DNA of 56,235 nucleotides from the NCBI GenBank assembly GCA_903871555.1, contig CAIQHM010000049.1:1-56235 (forward strand). The letters run 5' to 3'. Source of the stretch: an uncultured Actinomycetes bacterium (GTDB lineage: Bacteria; Actinomycetota; Actinomycetes; Nanopelagicales; Nanopelagicaceae). The position numbers and the translations under genes are program-made. Each line of letters begins with the position of its first letter. Position 1 is the first letter of the stretch. The notes under the pieces were generated by a model. The model made no database searches, was not told where the DNA came from, and was given only the letters and a program-made list of their open reading frames with translations. This document shows, piece after piece, positions 1 through 8,845 of this stretch.

Positions 1-659
1 CCTGATTGCAAGGTATCGAAGTCAATATTTAATTGGGCATCGACATCTGGAAATAAACCAATTGAAGTTGAATTAATAACAATATCGGTGCCTACAGGTA
101 TCGAGAATTTAGAGGCCCAGGAAACAAATACCGCTTCGGTTTTAGTTTTGGAATTTAGTAAGTCAACTAAAGTCTTTCCTCGTGCTTCGTCTCGGTTTAC
201 GACAATAATTTTGGCGGCACCAGCCAGCGCAAGTTCAACACCAACAGCACGAGCAGCTCCCCCAGCACCAAACATCACAACAGATTTGCCGACTGGATCA
301 ATCACACCCTCAAGTGACTTCAAAAAGCCCTTACCATCGGTATTTTCACCAATAAATTTGCCATCGCGCAGAACTGCGCAATTAACAGCGCCAATTACAG
401 AAGCTGATTCTCCGATTCCATCTAAATGTTCCATCACTGCCAATTTATTTGGAATCGAACAGTTAAATCCGATCCAGCCCATGGCCTTTGCTCCAGCAAC
501 TACTTCACCTAATTTTTCCGGGCCCACTTCAATGTTTATATAACGTGCATTCAAACCGTGGTGTCGATAAGCAGCCTCAACCATAACCACCGTTGGGTTC
601 TCATCTACCGGTTGGGCAAAACATCCGGTTATCTGGCTTAAAAAATGTAGTTCGCTCAT
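1..659 (-). CDS. aroE: Shikimate/quinate dehydrogenase family protein (runs off the left edge of the window)
   Basis: Not in the ORF track. Manual translation from ATG at 659: MSELHFLSQITGCFAQPVDENPT...GFNCSIPNK...IGAVNC...GENTDGKGF...MFGAGGAARAV...VVNR. These are SDH motifs. SD-like GAGAGG upstream. Confidence 0.88.
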   Translation of the reverse strand, partial: MSELHFLSQITGCFAQPVDENPTVVMVEAAYRHHGLNARYINIEVGPEKLGEVVAGAKAMGWIGFNCSIPNKLAVMEHLDGIGESASVIGAVNCAVLRDGKFIGENTDGKGFLKSLEGVIDPVGKSVVMFGAGGAARAVGVELALAGAAKIIVVNRDEARGKTLVDLLNSKTKTEAVFVSWASKFSIPVGTDIVINSTSIGLFPDVDAQLNIDFDTLQS

Positions 660-734
660 ATTTATAACGCCTCTCTATTGCTATCTGACTCTAATGGGTT
701 GATTATTCACCTAACGATTAGTTAGGGGAACCTG

Positions 735-1166
735 ATGCAAATTTCAAGTTTGTTGCCCGGAAAGCTAGTGCAAACAATAAAGCCTGATGCAACTATAAAG
801 GAACTAAGCCAGGCACTCTCTTCATTGAGAATTGGAGCATTGGTCGTTTCATCTGATGGTAAAAAAATAAATGGCATAGTTTCAGAACGGGATATCGTTC
901 AAGCTCTAGCTATCCATATGCATGAAATTGAAAAGATTCACGTTCGAGACTTAATGACTGTAAATGTTACGACTTGTAAGAAGAACGCAACGGTTGCCCA
1001 GTTAATGGCGCTAATGACCGAAAAACGCATCCGCCATGTTCCGGTTGTCGATGAAACCGGAGAGCTAATATCGATTGTTTCGATAGGCGATGTGGTCAAG
1101 TCTTATGTTTCTGAAATGGATCTCGAACGAATCGCTCTACTGGATTACGTTAAGTCTGCTGGCTAA
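735..1166 (+). CDS. Stand-alone CBS-pair domain protein
   Basis: IGALVV...GIVSERD...MTEKRIRHVPVVD...SIGDVVK tandem CBS signature; SD-like AGGGGA. Confidence 0.9.
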   Translation: MQISSLLPGKLVQTIKPDATIKELSQALSSLRIGALVVSSDGKKINGIVSERDIVQALAIHMHEIEKIHVRDLMTVNVTTCKKNATVAQLMALMTEKRIRHVPVVDETGELISIVSIGDVVKSYVSEMDLERIALLDYVKSAG

Positions 1167-2324
1167 GGCTGGGTCAATCTTCCACTCTTTTAACATCTTC
1201 TTGTAACTTTCAATATCCTTGGCTTCGGCCTTCGCATGAGTTAAAACAGCGCGGATCATAATATTTCTTGGCGTGTGTTCGCCTCCGATAAATTCAATAA
1301 CTTCAGTGCGATAGCCGGCTAGCTTCAAAATTTGCGCACGTAGCGCATCAGTCATCAGATCACCAAGGCGCTCTTTCATAAGACCGTGCTTAGTCAATAT
1401 GTTCCAAGGCTCAGGAACTTGACTCATCTGAGTCTGTAAATCATGTTGGCAACATGGAGCAATTAATAATAATTTTGCGCCACCAGTAACTGCCCAGGCA
1501 ATTGCATCATCGGTTGCGGTATCACAGGCATGAAGTGCGATTGCTATATCGCAAGATGTTAATGAGGTTTGATCAATAGCCTCTGCCTTAAATTCAATAG
1601 TTTTATCTATCTTCAACTTCTTGGCAATTTCATTATTTCGCTTCAAAGATTCTGGTCTTATATCTATGCCGATTACATGAACCGGCATATCTATACTTGT
1701 TAGATATTGGTGCACTGCAAAGGTTAAATAAGCATTTCCGCAACCAAGATCAGCGATAACAAGTGGTTTCTCTGGTGTTGGTTTTGCAATTTGTTTAGCT
1801 TCAATCGCAGAATTTAGTGTTGGTACAAGCAACCTCAGAAACTCTTCGACCTGTATATATTTATCGGAACGCGTGGGTTTAATCCGGCCATCCGAATCTG
1901 ATATTCCAATCTCGATCAAGAATGGATCAGATGGATCAAGCAATCTTGCCTTCCTGCGATCATGTTCTAAGTTCTGCTCGCGGGCGCCCTTATCCTCATG
2001 AACCTGAGCCTCGCCCTTCTTGGTGATGCGAATTGATAGCGCACCACTTGTATGTTCGACAAGAATATTTGCATAGCCCATCTCTAAATATCCGCGGGCG
2101 CCAAAATCTTGAGGTGCGACATTCTTAACAGTTGTGGCACGGCCATCATTTTGTTCAATCTGTAGAACAATTGCATCCTTAATCAAAACCGGACGAATAT
2201 CGATTCGCTCAAATGGAACTGTCATATTTCTGCGGCGTCCTGATAAAACAACGCGAACCAGAGTCGCAGTTTCGGAAATTATTTTAACTGCGCTTTCTAG
2301 CGCATCATCTAATTCAGTGGCCAC
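1137..2324 (-). CDS. Class I SAM-dependent methyltransferase (Methyltransf_32-like)
   Basis: IADLGCGNAYLT motif I; ALHACDTATD and APCC motifs; GTG start directly after the dapC stop. Confidence 0.85.
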   Translation of the reverse strand: MATELDDALESAVKIISETATLVRVVLSGRRRNMTVPFERIDIRPVLIKDAIVLQIEQNDGRATTVKNVAPQDFGARGYLEMGYANILVEHTSGALSIRITKKGEAQVHEDKGAREQNLEHDRRKARLLDPSDPFLIEIGISDSDGRIKPTRSDKYIQVEEFLRLLVPTLNSAIEAKQIAKPTPEKPLVIADLGCGNAYLTFAVHQYLTSIDMPVHVIGIDIRPESLKRNNEIAKKLKIDKTIEFKAEAIDQTSLTSCDIAIALHACDTATDDAIAWAVTGGAKLLLIAPCCQHDLQTQMSQVPEPWNILTKHGLMKERLGDLMTDALRAQILKLAGYRTEVIEFIGGEHTPRNIMIRAVLTHAKAEAKDIESYKKMLKEWKIDPALASRLNVIQ

Positions 2325-3392
2325 TTAAATACTTTTCAAGATTCGGTTCGCAGCATCTGCGATTTGGGCATCTGTCGCAGTCATTGCTATTCGAATGTGC
2401 TTGGCACCAGCAGCACCATAAAAAATTCCAGGCGTAGCCAAAATTCCAAGGTCGGCAAGCCAGGAAACAGAATCCCAGCAATCTTCATTGCGTGTGCACC
2501 AGATATATAACCCGGCATTGGAAAAATCTATTTGAAATTCCGCTTTTACTAACGCTGAACTTAAAACTTCACGACGATTGGCGTAGCGTTCGGCTTGCTC
2601 ATCTACATGCACTTCATCACCAAGTGCCGCGGTCATTGCTCTTTGAATCGGTAGCGGAACCATCATTCCGGCATGTTTTCTGACTTCGCGAATTTCCGAA
2701 ATTATTTCTGGATCTCCAACAATTAGACCTGCGCGATATCCCGCTAAATTAGAGCGCTTAGACATTGAGTGCACGGCTAATAAATTCTTATTATCGCCAT
2801 TTGCTAATTTTAGAATTGAAACTGGTTCTGAACCCTTAGCTGGAAAACTTATATAACACTCATCACTCACTACAAGAGAATTATTGCCTCTTGCATAATT
2901 AATTACAGCTTGCATTTCACCTATGCTGTGAACTCGGCCAGTTGGATTAGATGGCGAATTAATCCACGCGATATCACTCTTCGGCCAAGTCGATGCATCA
3001 ATATCAACTGCGATTGCTTCTGATTCGTGAATCATCGAACCAACTAAATATGTTGGATAGGCAACTTTGGGATATAGAACAGTTTTGGCTCGCAGTATCG
3101 AAGGCAACCAAGCAACAAGTTCTTTAGAACCTATAGTTGGAAGAACATCGAACTCACCAGTTGCGCCAAGAATATTTATTGCCCAATTGCGCATCGCTGC
3201 ACGAAGTTCTGGTGTTCCGATCGTTAAGGGATAACTTGGAGCATTCGATGAATCTTTTAGAGCGCTCTGAATAAATTCTGGAGTTGCATCAACAGGGGTG
3301 CCTTGAGATAAATCAATTATTCCTCCAGCGCTTTCCCGAGCGCGTGCACCATATGGCGCCAACGCATCCCAAGGAAAATCAGGAAGCTTCAG
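2325..3392 (-). CDS. dapC: N-succinyldiaminopimelate aminotransferase
   Basis: DLSQGTP, NSPSNPTG, SDECY, SMSKRSNLAGYRAG (PLP lysine); follows fdxA as in other actinobacteria. The conserved KLPDFPWD lies upstream of the ORF-track TTG (3362), so the start is placed at CTG 3392 (uncertain). Confidence 0.9.
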   Translation of the reverse strand: MKLPDFPWDALAPYGARARESAGGIIDLSQGTPVDATPEFIQSALKDSSNAPSYPLTIGTPELRAAMRNWAINILGATGEFDVLPTIGSKELVAWLPSILRAKTVLYPKVAYPTYLVGSMIHESEAIAVDIDASTWPKSDIAWINSPSNPTGRVHSIGEMQAVINYARGNNSLVVSDECYISFPAKGSEPVSILKLANGDNKNLLAVHSMSKRSNLAGYRAGLIVGDPEIISEIREVRKHAGMMVPLPIQRAMTAALGDEVHVDEQAERYANRREVLSSALVKAEFQIDFSNAGLYIWCTRNEDCWDSVSWLADLGILATPGIFYGAAGAKHIRIAMTATDAQIADAANRILKSI

Positions 3393-3401
3393 AGTTCTTA
3401 C

Positions 3402-3722
3402 TTATTCAGCTTTAGGAGGAAGTGCTTTAACAAGCGAGTGATCTGTTCCAGTTGCGCCAACTTTGGCAGCGCCACCAGGTGAACCGATCTCAACGAAGAA
3501 TTCACTATTTGCTTTGCCGAATTCTTTCCATTGTGAAGGCACATCATCTTCGTAATAAATAGCTTCAACCGGGCAAACTGGTTCGCAGGCACCGCAATCA
3601 ACACATTCATCGGGTTGGATGTAGAGCATTCGCCCACCCTCGTAAATGCAATCAACAGGACATTCCTCGATACAGGATTTATCCTTAACGTCCACACAAG
3701 GTTCTGCGATTATGTATGTCAA
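3402..3722 (-). CDS. fdxA: 7Fe ferredoxin
   Basis: TYIIAEPCVDVKDKSCIEECPVDCIY...CVDCGACEPVCP; SD GAAAGG before a TTG start. Confidence 0.96.
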   Translation of the reverse strand: MTYIIAEPCVDVKDKSCIEECPVDCIYEGGRMLYIQPDECVDCGACEPVCPVEAIYYEDDVPSQWKEFGKANSEFFVEIGSPGGAAKVGATGTDHSLVKALPPKAE

Positions 3723-3822
3723 TTGATTACCTTTCTTATGAATCTAACTAATCTATGCGCCTAGGATAGCGAATACCTGCAATTTCTCTAGTGCATATCT
3801 AGTAAAGGGAGGGGAATTAAAT

Positions 3823-4014
3823 ATGGGAAATCCCACTCCCTCAGCAAATGAGATTGGAAAGCGGGTTTCAATTCGCTTACATGACCCCGAAGGCGGCTTC
3901 CGAGATTTGCTCGGCACCTTGGAGGAGATAGACGCAGTTCGCAAGAAGGATGGAACCCTTAAGAAGTTTGACCACAAGGCAATTGCGCTCTGGAAGGTTG
4001 TATCGGAGAAATGA
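3823..4014 (+). CDS. 63-aa protein resembling the N-terminal SH3-like domain of actinobacterial Rv0428c-type acetyltransferases
   Basis: IGKRVSIRL...GFRDLLGTL...RKKDG pattern; strong SD GGGAGGGG; ATGA overlap with cysS. Confidence 0.65.
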   Translation: MGNPTPSANEIGKRVSIRLHDPEGGFRDLLGTLEEIDAVRKKDGTLKKFDHKAIALWKVVSEK

Positions 4015-5420
4015 ACACTGGGCTATTTATTTTCGATACCAAGGCGCGCGAATTAAAAGAGGTCTGCGCAAAAAATGGTTTTGAAGTTCAAATCTATTGT
4101 TGCGGGCCAACGGTTTATCGAGATGCTCATGTAGGAAACCTACGAACTTTCTTATTAAGCGATTTAATAAAACGAACACTTACTTTATCTGGCTTCGATT
4201 CAAATCTGATTCAAAATATTACAGATGTCGGACACATGGCCGAAGATCTTGCCGGCGCTGAAATCGGCGAAGATAAGATGCTTGCACAAGCAAAATCCGA
4301 AGCGATAGATCCCTTTGAAATTGCGCGAAAGTATGAAGCAAACTTCCATGCAGACCTAGCGAAGCTAAATGTTATTCCGGCTTCGGCTTATCCAAAAGCA
4401 AGTGAAACTATAGATTTAATGCTGGAATTAATAGAGCGATTAATCGCAAGTGATCACGCTTATGTCGGAAGTGATGGATGTGTCTATTTTTCTGCAACAA
4501 GTTTTCCTTCATATGGCGAAATTTCTGGCAACCGATTGGATTCGCTGAAACCTGGCCACCGATATGAATATGTCGAAGATGGTGCAAAGAAATTTCATGC
4601 CGATTGGGCGCTCTGGAAAGCGGCAAATAATCGCACGCAAATGATTTGGGATTCACCTTGGGGGCCGGGCTTTCCTGGCTGGCATATCGAATGTTCGGCG
4701 ATGTCACTTCACTATTTGCAAGGAAACGTTGATCTACATATTGGTGGAATTGATCTGCGCTTTCCGCACCATGAAAATGAACGAGCCCAATCCAATTCTG
4801 GAGCAGGATATGAAGTTGTTGAAAATTGGGTGCATGGTGAACATTTATTGTTTGAAGGAAGAAAGATGTCAAAGAGTTCAGGCAATGTTGTACTTCTAAA
4901 CGATGTAATTGCTAAGGGCTTTGATCCACTGGCTCTGCGTCTTAGTTTTATGGAGAACCGATACCGAAGTCAGATGGATCTAACTTGGGAAACATTGAAG
5001 GCTGCCGATTCAACTCTAGATCGTTGGCGCAAGAAATTTGCGCAGTGGCAGAATGATGGCGACATAGATAAGCAATTTGTTAATGAATTTTGCCAAGGTT
5101 CTCTTGCCGATATCCAACACGATTTGGATACACCTCGCGCAATTCAGCAATTACGTAAGTTAGAAAGAGATGAATATTTATCTGGCGCTACCAAAGCATC
5201 GTGCTTCGAAATTATGGATCAAATTTATGCTTTAGATATCTCTAGAGCACCTAAAGGCAAAGCAGAGCCGACGTTAGAAATAGTTGAATTACTGGAGAAG
5301 CGAGAAATAGCCAGAGCATCAAAAGATTTTGGGCTCAGCGATCAATTGCGGGATCAACTTACAAAACTCGGAATTAGTGTTAAAGATTCTCCGACCGGAC
5401 AAGATTGGGATTGGCTCTAA
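4011..5420 (+). CDS. cysS: Cysteine--tRNA ligase
   Basis: YCCGPTVY, HVGN (HIGH), GFPGWHIECSAM, FPHHENE, KMSKS, and a C-terminal anticodon-binding region (REIARASKDF...DQLRDQL). Confidence 0.92.
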   Translation: MNTGLFIFDTKARELKEVCAKNGFEVQIYCCGPTVYRDAHVGNLRTFLLSDLIKRTLTLSGFDSNLIQNITDVGHMAEDLAGAEIGEDKMLAQAKSEAIDPFEIARKYEANFHADLAKLNVIPASAYPKASETIDLMLELIERLIASDHAYVGSDGCVYFSATSFPSYGEISGNRLDSLKPGHRYEYVEDGAKKFHADWALWKAANNRTQMIWDSPWGPGFPGWHIECSAMSLHYLQGNVDLHIGGIDLRFPHHENERAQSNSGAGYEVVENWVHGEHLLFEGRKMSKSSGNVVLLNDVIAKGFDPLALRLSFMENRYRSQMDLTWETLKAADSTLDRWRKKFAQWQNDGDIDKQFVNEFCQGSLADIQHDLDTPRAIQQLRKLERDEYLSGATKASCFEIMDQIYALDISRAPKGKAEPTLEIVELLEKREIARASKDFGLSDQLRDQLTKLGISVKDSPTGQDWDWL

Positions 5421-5731
5421 TTTTTTCTTACTGCCGTAACTGTTGCAATTAGCAATCCGACCAGAAGGAATATGTTTCCATAAACATTTGAAATAATTAG
5501 AATTTCATGGCTTAAGCCATATGAACCAGCACGTAGCGCAACTGCAAGCCAGGCAATGGCCGCAATAATTTTAAATTTCCGGGCCCCAAATAATTGACCA
5601 GCAAAGCTGATCCCAACCGCAGTTGTTATTAGCGCCAGAAAAATACCAATTGGTTGAAAAGCATTGTGTAGCGCAACTCCGATAAAGCTAATGGCTGCAC
5701 CAAAAATAAGTGCTCCGATTGCCTTAAGCAA
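5417..5731 (-). CDS. Small membrane protein, DUF6113-like (usual neighbour downstream of mshB)
   Basis: About four hydrophobic segments; in-frame TTG at 5731 overlaps the mshB stop, so the ORF-track start at 5803 is probably too long. Confidence 0.65.
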   Translation of the reverse strand: MLKAIGALIFGAAISFIGVALHNAFQPIGIFLALITTAVGISFAGQLFGARKFKIIAAIAWLAVALRAGSYGLSHEILIISNVYGNIFLLVGLLIATVTAVRKN

Positions 5732-6593
5732 AGAGATCGACCTCTCGTCCCTTTGCATCAACGTTTGAGCTCTTTGTACCTTTAACCAAGGTGTAATACT
5801 CATGTCCCCAAACTTGGTTGCCTAAGTTGTTTGATAAGGCAAAGAATGGACCATCTAATTCGATCTGTGTTGGGTGGGCTGCCATCGCCTTCATCTTGGC
5901 ATCAATAAATTCAGTGCCATCAATTAACGTTGTCACAAGCTCATCTGGTTTTGCGAAGGGCAGATCGTCTGCACTTTCTGCGCCAAAGAATGAGGAACCA
6001 AGTTCTTTCATCTTATCTATGCCATCTTGAATTACTGATTTAGGCATCGTGTTCCAATAAATCTTAGAAATTTCCCATGGTTCGCCGATACCAAATTTTG
6101 CATCGGCAGCCAATTCAGCGGCTCTCATCGCGACTCGATGCGCCTGAATGTGATCAGGATGGCCATATCCGCCAAATTCATCATAAGTAACTAGTACTTG
6201 CGGTTTCACTTCGCGAATAATTTTCACTAAATAACTTGCGGCATCATCTAATCCGGCCTGCCAAAATACATCGCTGCGATTATTTGGTTCTGTGCCCATC
6301 ATTCCGCTATCGCGCCACATGCGATCAGGTGCACCCAAGAATCGGAAATCTGTTATCCCAAGGGCAGCCATTGCATCAGCAAGTTCGGTTTCGCGATGTT
6401 TACCAAGTTCATCGTTTGCAGTGCTTGCTAGGTGGCTAAGGGCAGGAATTAAAACTTCGCCCTCTTCTCCCCTTGTGCAAGTTACAAGTGTTACGCGCGC
6501 TCCCTCTGAAACGTACTTCGCCATAGTTGCGCCATTGTTTATGGTCTCATCATCAGGATGAGCATGCACAAGAAGCAGTGAACGATCAGACAT
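5724..6593 (-). CDS. mshB: GlcNAc-Ins deacetylase (mycothiol biosynthesis)
   Basis: VHAHPDDE, TCTRGEEGE, RDSGM, GGYGHPDHIQAH, AHPTQ, FALSN. Confidence 0.93.
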   Translation of the reverse strand: MSDRSLLLVHAHPDDETINNGATMAKYVSEGARVTLVTCTRGEEGEVLIPALSHLASTANDELGKHRETELADAMAALGITDFRFLGAPDRMWRDSGMMGTEPNNRSDVFWQAGLDDAASYLVKIIREVKPQVLVTYDEFGGYGHPDHIQAHRVAMRAAELAADAKFGIGEPWEISKIYWNTMPKSVIQDGIDKMKELGSSFFGAESADDLPFAKPDELVTTLIDGTEFIDAKMKAMAAHPTQIELDGPFFALSNNLGNQVWGHEYYTLVKGTKSSNVDAKGREVDLFA

Positions 6594-6608
6594 TTTTAAA
6601 CCTATCTT

Positions 6609-7796
6609 TTAGTAAATCGGAAGGGTGGGATCGATCTGTTTAACCCAAGCAACTACACCACCAGCAACATGTGTTGCATCGGCAAAACCGGCTTGTTTCA
6701 GCACAGCAAGACATTCAGCAGATCGAACGCCTGATTTACAGTGCAGAATAATTGGCACATCTTGCGGTAATTTTTCAAGCGCAGAACCATTTAAAAATTC
6801 TTGCTTTGGGATTAACACTGAACCAGGGATACGAACGATTTCAAATTCGCCAGGTTCGCGGACATCAATCAACATGAATTTATCGCCCTTATCCATCTTG
6901 GCCTTCAGTTCCGTTACAGCGATTGTTGAACCCGATGCAGCTTCTGCTGCGCCATCAGAAAGCACTCCGCAGAATGATTCGTAATCTGCTAGTAATTCCG
7001 TCTGACTTGGTTTATCACTGCAAATTGGACAATTAGGATCTTTGCGAATTTTTACTTTGCGATATTCCATTTCGAGTGCATCGTAAACAATCAGTTGACC
7101 AATTAGGGATTCGCCGATTCCAGCTATTAATTTAATTGCTTCAGTTGTTTGAATTGAACCAATTGATGCACATAGAACACCTAGCACGCCACCTTCGGCA
7201 CAACTTGGGACCATTCCCGGTGGTGGTGGCTCTGGATACAAGCAGCGATAGCAAGGACCATGTTCAGCCCAGAACACACTTGCTTGGCCATCGAATCTAT
7301 AAATCGAACCCCATACATATGGTTTCTTTAGAAGTACTGCCGCGTCGTTTACTAAATATCTTGTTGCAAAATTATCTGTTCCATCAACAATTAAATCGTA
7401 TTGCGCAAAAATTTCCATGACATTATCAACATCTAGTCTGGTTTCATGCAAGACCACATTTACATATGGATTAATTTCAGAGATCGCTTCTTTAGCACTT
7501 TGCGCTTTGCTCTTACCGATATCTGATTGACCATGAATTATTTGACGTTGTAGATTTGATTCATCGACAGTATCGAATTCGACAATTCCTAGAGTTCCAA
7601 CACCAGCCGCAGCCAAATACATAAGTGCAGGTGAACCCAATCCTCCGGCGCCAACACATAGAACTTTTGCATTCATTAATCTGCGTTGTCCGCTCATGCC
7701 AACATCAGGAATAATGAGGTGGCGGCTATATCTACGAACCTCTTCGACAGTAAGTTCCGGGCCTTGTTCAACTAGCGGCTTTAAAGTTGCAGACAC
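6609..7796 (-). CDS. moeZ: Adenylyltransferase/sulfurtransferase (ThiF + rhodanese domains)
   Basis: RYSRH, GAGGLG, SNLQRQ, CYRC, SCAEGGVLG, C-terminal rhodanese CKSGVRS. Confidence 0.93.
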   Translation of the reverse strand: MSATLKPLVEQGPELTVEEVRRYSRHLIIPDVGMSGQRRLMNAKVLCVGAGGLGSPALMYLAAAGVGTLGIVEFDTVDESNLQRQIIHGQSDIGKSKAQSAKEAISEINPYVNVVLHETRLDVDNVMEIFAQYDLIVDGTDNFATRYLVNDAAVLLKKPYVWGSIYRFDGQASVFWAEHGPCYRCLYPEPPPPGMVPSCAEGGVLGVLCASIGSIQTTEAIKLIAGIGESLIGQLIVYDALEMEYRKVKIRKDPNCPICSDKPSQTELLADYESFCGVLSDGAAEAASGSTIAVTELKAKMDKGDKFMLIDVREPGEFEIVRIPGSVLIPKQEFLNGSALEKLPQDVPIILHCKSGVRSAECLAVLKQAGFADATHVAGGVVAWVKQIDPTLPIY

Positions 7797-7836
7797 AAAG
7801 GCTCATCTCTTTTATTATTTTTCAAGTTGCTTGTTA

Positions 7837-7863
7837 CAACACCCTAATTTTCGCGGATATTCC
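7837..7863 (-). promoter_or_regulatory. SigR/SigH-type ECF sigma promoter for moeZ
   Basis: Minus strand reads GGAAT-atccgcgaaaattagggt (18 nt)-GTTG, matching the GGAAT-N18-GTT consensus, about 40 nt upstream of the moeZ start. Confidence 0.75.
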
Positions 7864-7952
7864 TCGCAATTCAAAATTGAAAGTGATCTGCTTGTTGCAA
7901 GTTTCTCGCAAAAAGTCGCGTTATTGGTGGCATTGACCCTACGATTAGCCCA

Positions 7953-8570
7953 ATGAGCACAGAATCCGCAGCAGCTAATAAGGGGCGTTTGCCTCGAGAT
8001 GAGCGCCGTGCGCAATTACTTGCCGCCGCCCTCGAAGTATTTACCCAAGCTGGATATCACTCCGCAGCCATGGACGAAATTGCCGATCGCGCAAAGGTAA
8101 GTAAGCCAGTTCTTTATCAGCATTTTCCATCAAAATTAGATTTATATCTCGCAGTATTGGATTTACATATCGACTCACTCGTCTTTGATATCCAAAAAGC
8201 AATTGCTTCTACAAATGACAACGCCGCTCGTGTGCATGCAACAGTTGATGCTTACTTTGGATTTATAAATCGCGAAGGTGAAGCTTTTAGATTGCTATTT
8301 GAAAGTGACATGAGCGTTGAACCACAAGTTCGCGAAAGATTAAATCGTATGACTTATGACTCTGCCGCCGCGCTTAGCGCAGTTATCTCGCTAGATACTG
8401 GGTTAACTAAGGAGGCGTCAATGATGCTTGCGGTGGGGCTAATTGGAACAGCCCAAACTGCTGCCCGTCACTGGCTGGAACGTGATGGAAAGTTAGATCG
8501 TGAAACCGCAGTAGAACTTGTATCAAACCTAATTTGGCGCGGAATTTCTGGATTCCCTAAAGCAAACTAA
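7953..8570 (+). CDS. TetR/AcrR family regulator (Rv3208-like)
   Basis: RLPRDERRAQLL...GYHSAAMDEIADRAKVSKPVLYQHFPSK HTH; lies between moeZ and DUF3107. Confidence 0.92.
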   Translation: MSTESAAANKGRLPRDERRAQLLAAALEVFTQAGYHSAAMDEIADRAKVSKPVLYQHFPSKLDLYLAVLDLHIDSLVFDIQKAIASTNDNAARVHATVDAYFGFINREGEAFRLLFESDMSVEPQVRERLNRMTYDSAAALSAVISLDTGLTKEASMMLAVGLIGTAQTAARHWLERDGKLDRETAVELVSNLIWRGISGFPKAN

Positions 8571-8587
8571 AGGAATAAACTAAGGCC

Positions 8588-8845
8588 ATGTCAACAAAAA
8601 AGAGCACATCAGGTTCGACCACCGAAGTAAGAATTGGTATCGCAGATTCTGCACAAGAACTTCATATTGAATGTGATCTGACCCCAGAGAAAGTAATTGA
8701 GGCAGTTACCACAGCCCTTGATTCAGGCAAGGCCCTCTCACTTGCTGATACTCGTGGGCGCCAGACAATAATTGCAAACAATAAAATTTCATTCGTTGAA
8801 GTTGGGCAGAGCGAAGAACGTAAAGTTGGTTTTGCAACAGCTTAA
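8588..8845 (+). CDS. DUF3107 family protein
   Basis: EVRIGIADSAQEL...LSLADTRGR...FVEVG...RKVGF; typical position after this TetR. Confidence 0.85.
   Translation: MSTKKSTSGSTTEVRIGIADSAQELHIECDLTPEKVIEAVTTALDSGKALSLADTRGRQTIIANNKISFVEVGQSEERKVGFATA

Noticed and set aside
88-543. 151-aa plus-strand ORF
   Set aside because: Antisense shadow of the shikimate dehydrogenase gene; no recognisable motifs
710-726. Hairpin CCTAAC-gatta-GTTAGG touching the SD of the CBS gene
   Set aside because: A 6-bp stem can arise by chance, and nothing else supports a regulatory role
735-1166. Stand-alone CBS protein acting in trans for the CBS-less IMPDH
   Set aside because: It is a common stand-alone CBS type, lies 54 kb away, and nothing in the sequence links the two
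4011-5420. Calling this gene mshC because it is next to mshB
   Set aside because: It has CGPTVY and an anticodon-binding C-terminus typical of CysRS, not the CGITPY motif and shorter length of MshC
7815-8015. 66-aa Cys-rich minus-strand ORF and the near-repeat TGCTTGTT(A/G)CAA in the moeZ-TetR gap
   Set aside because: The ORF overlaps the TetR start and both promoters and has no SD; two short copies are too little to call a repeat element
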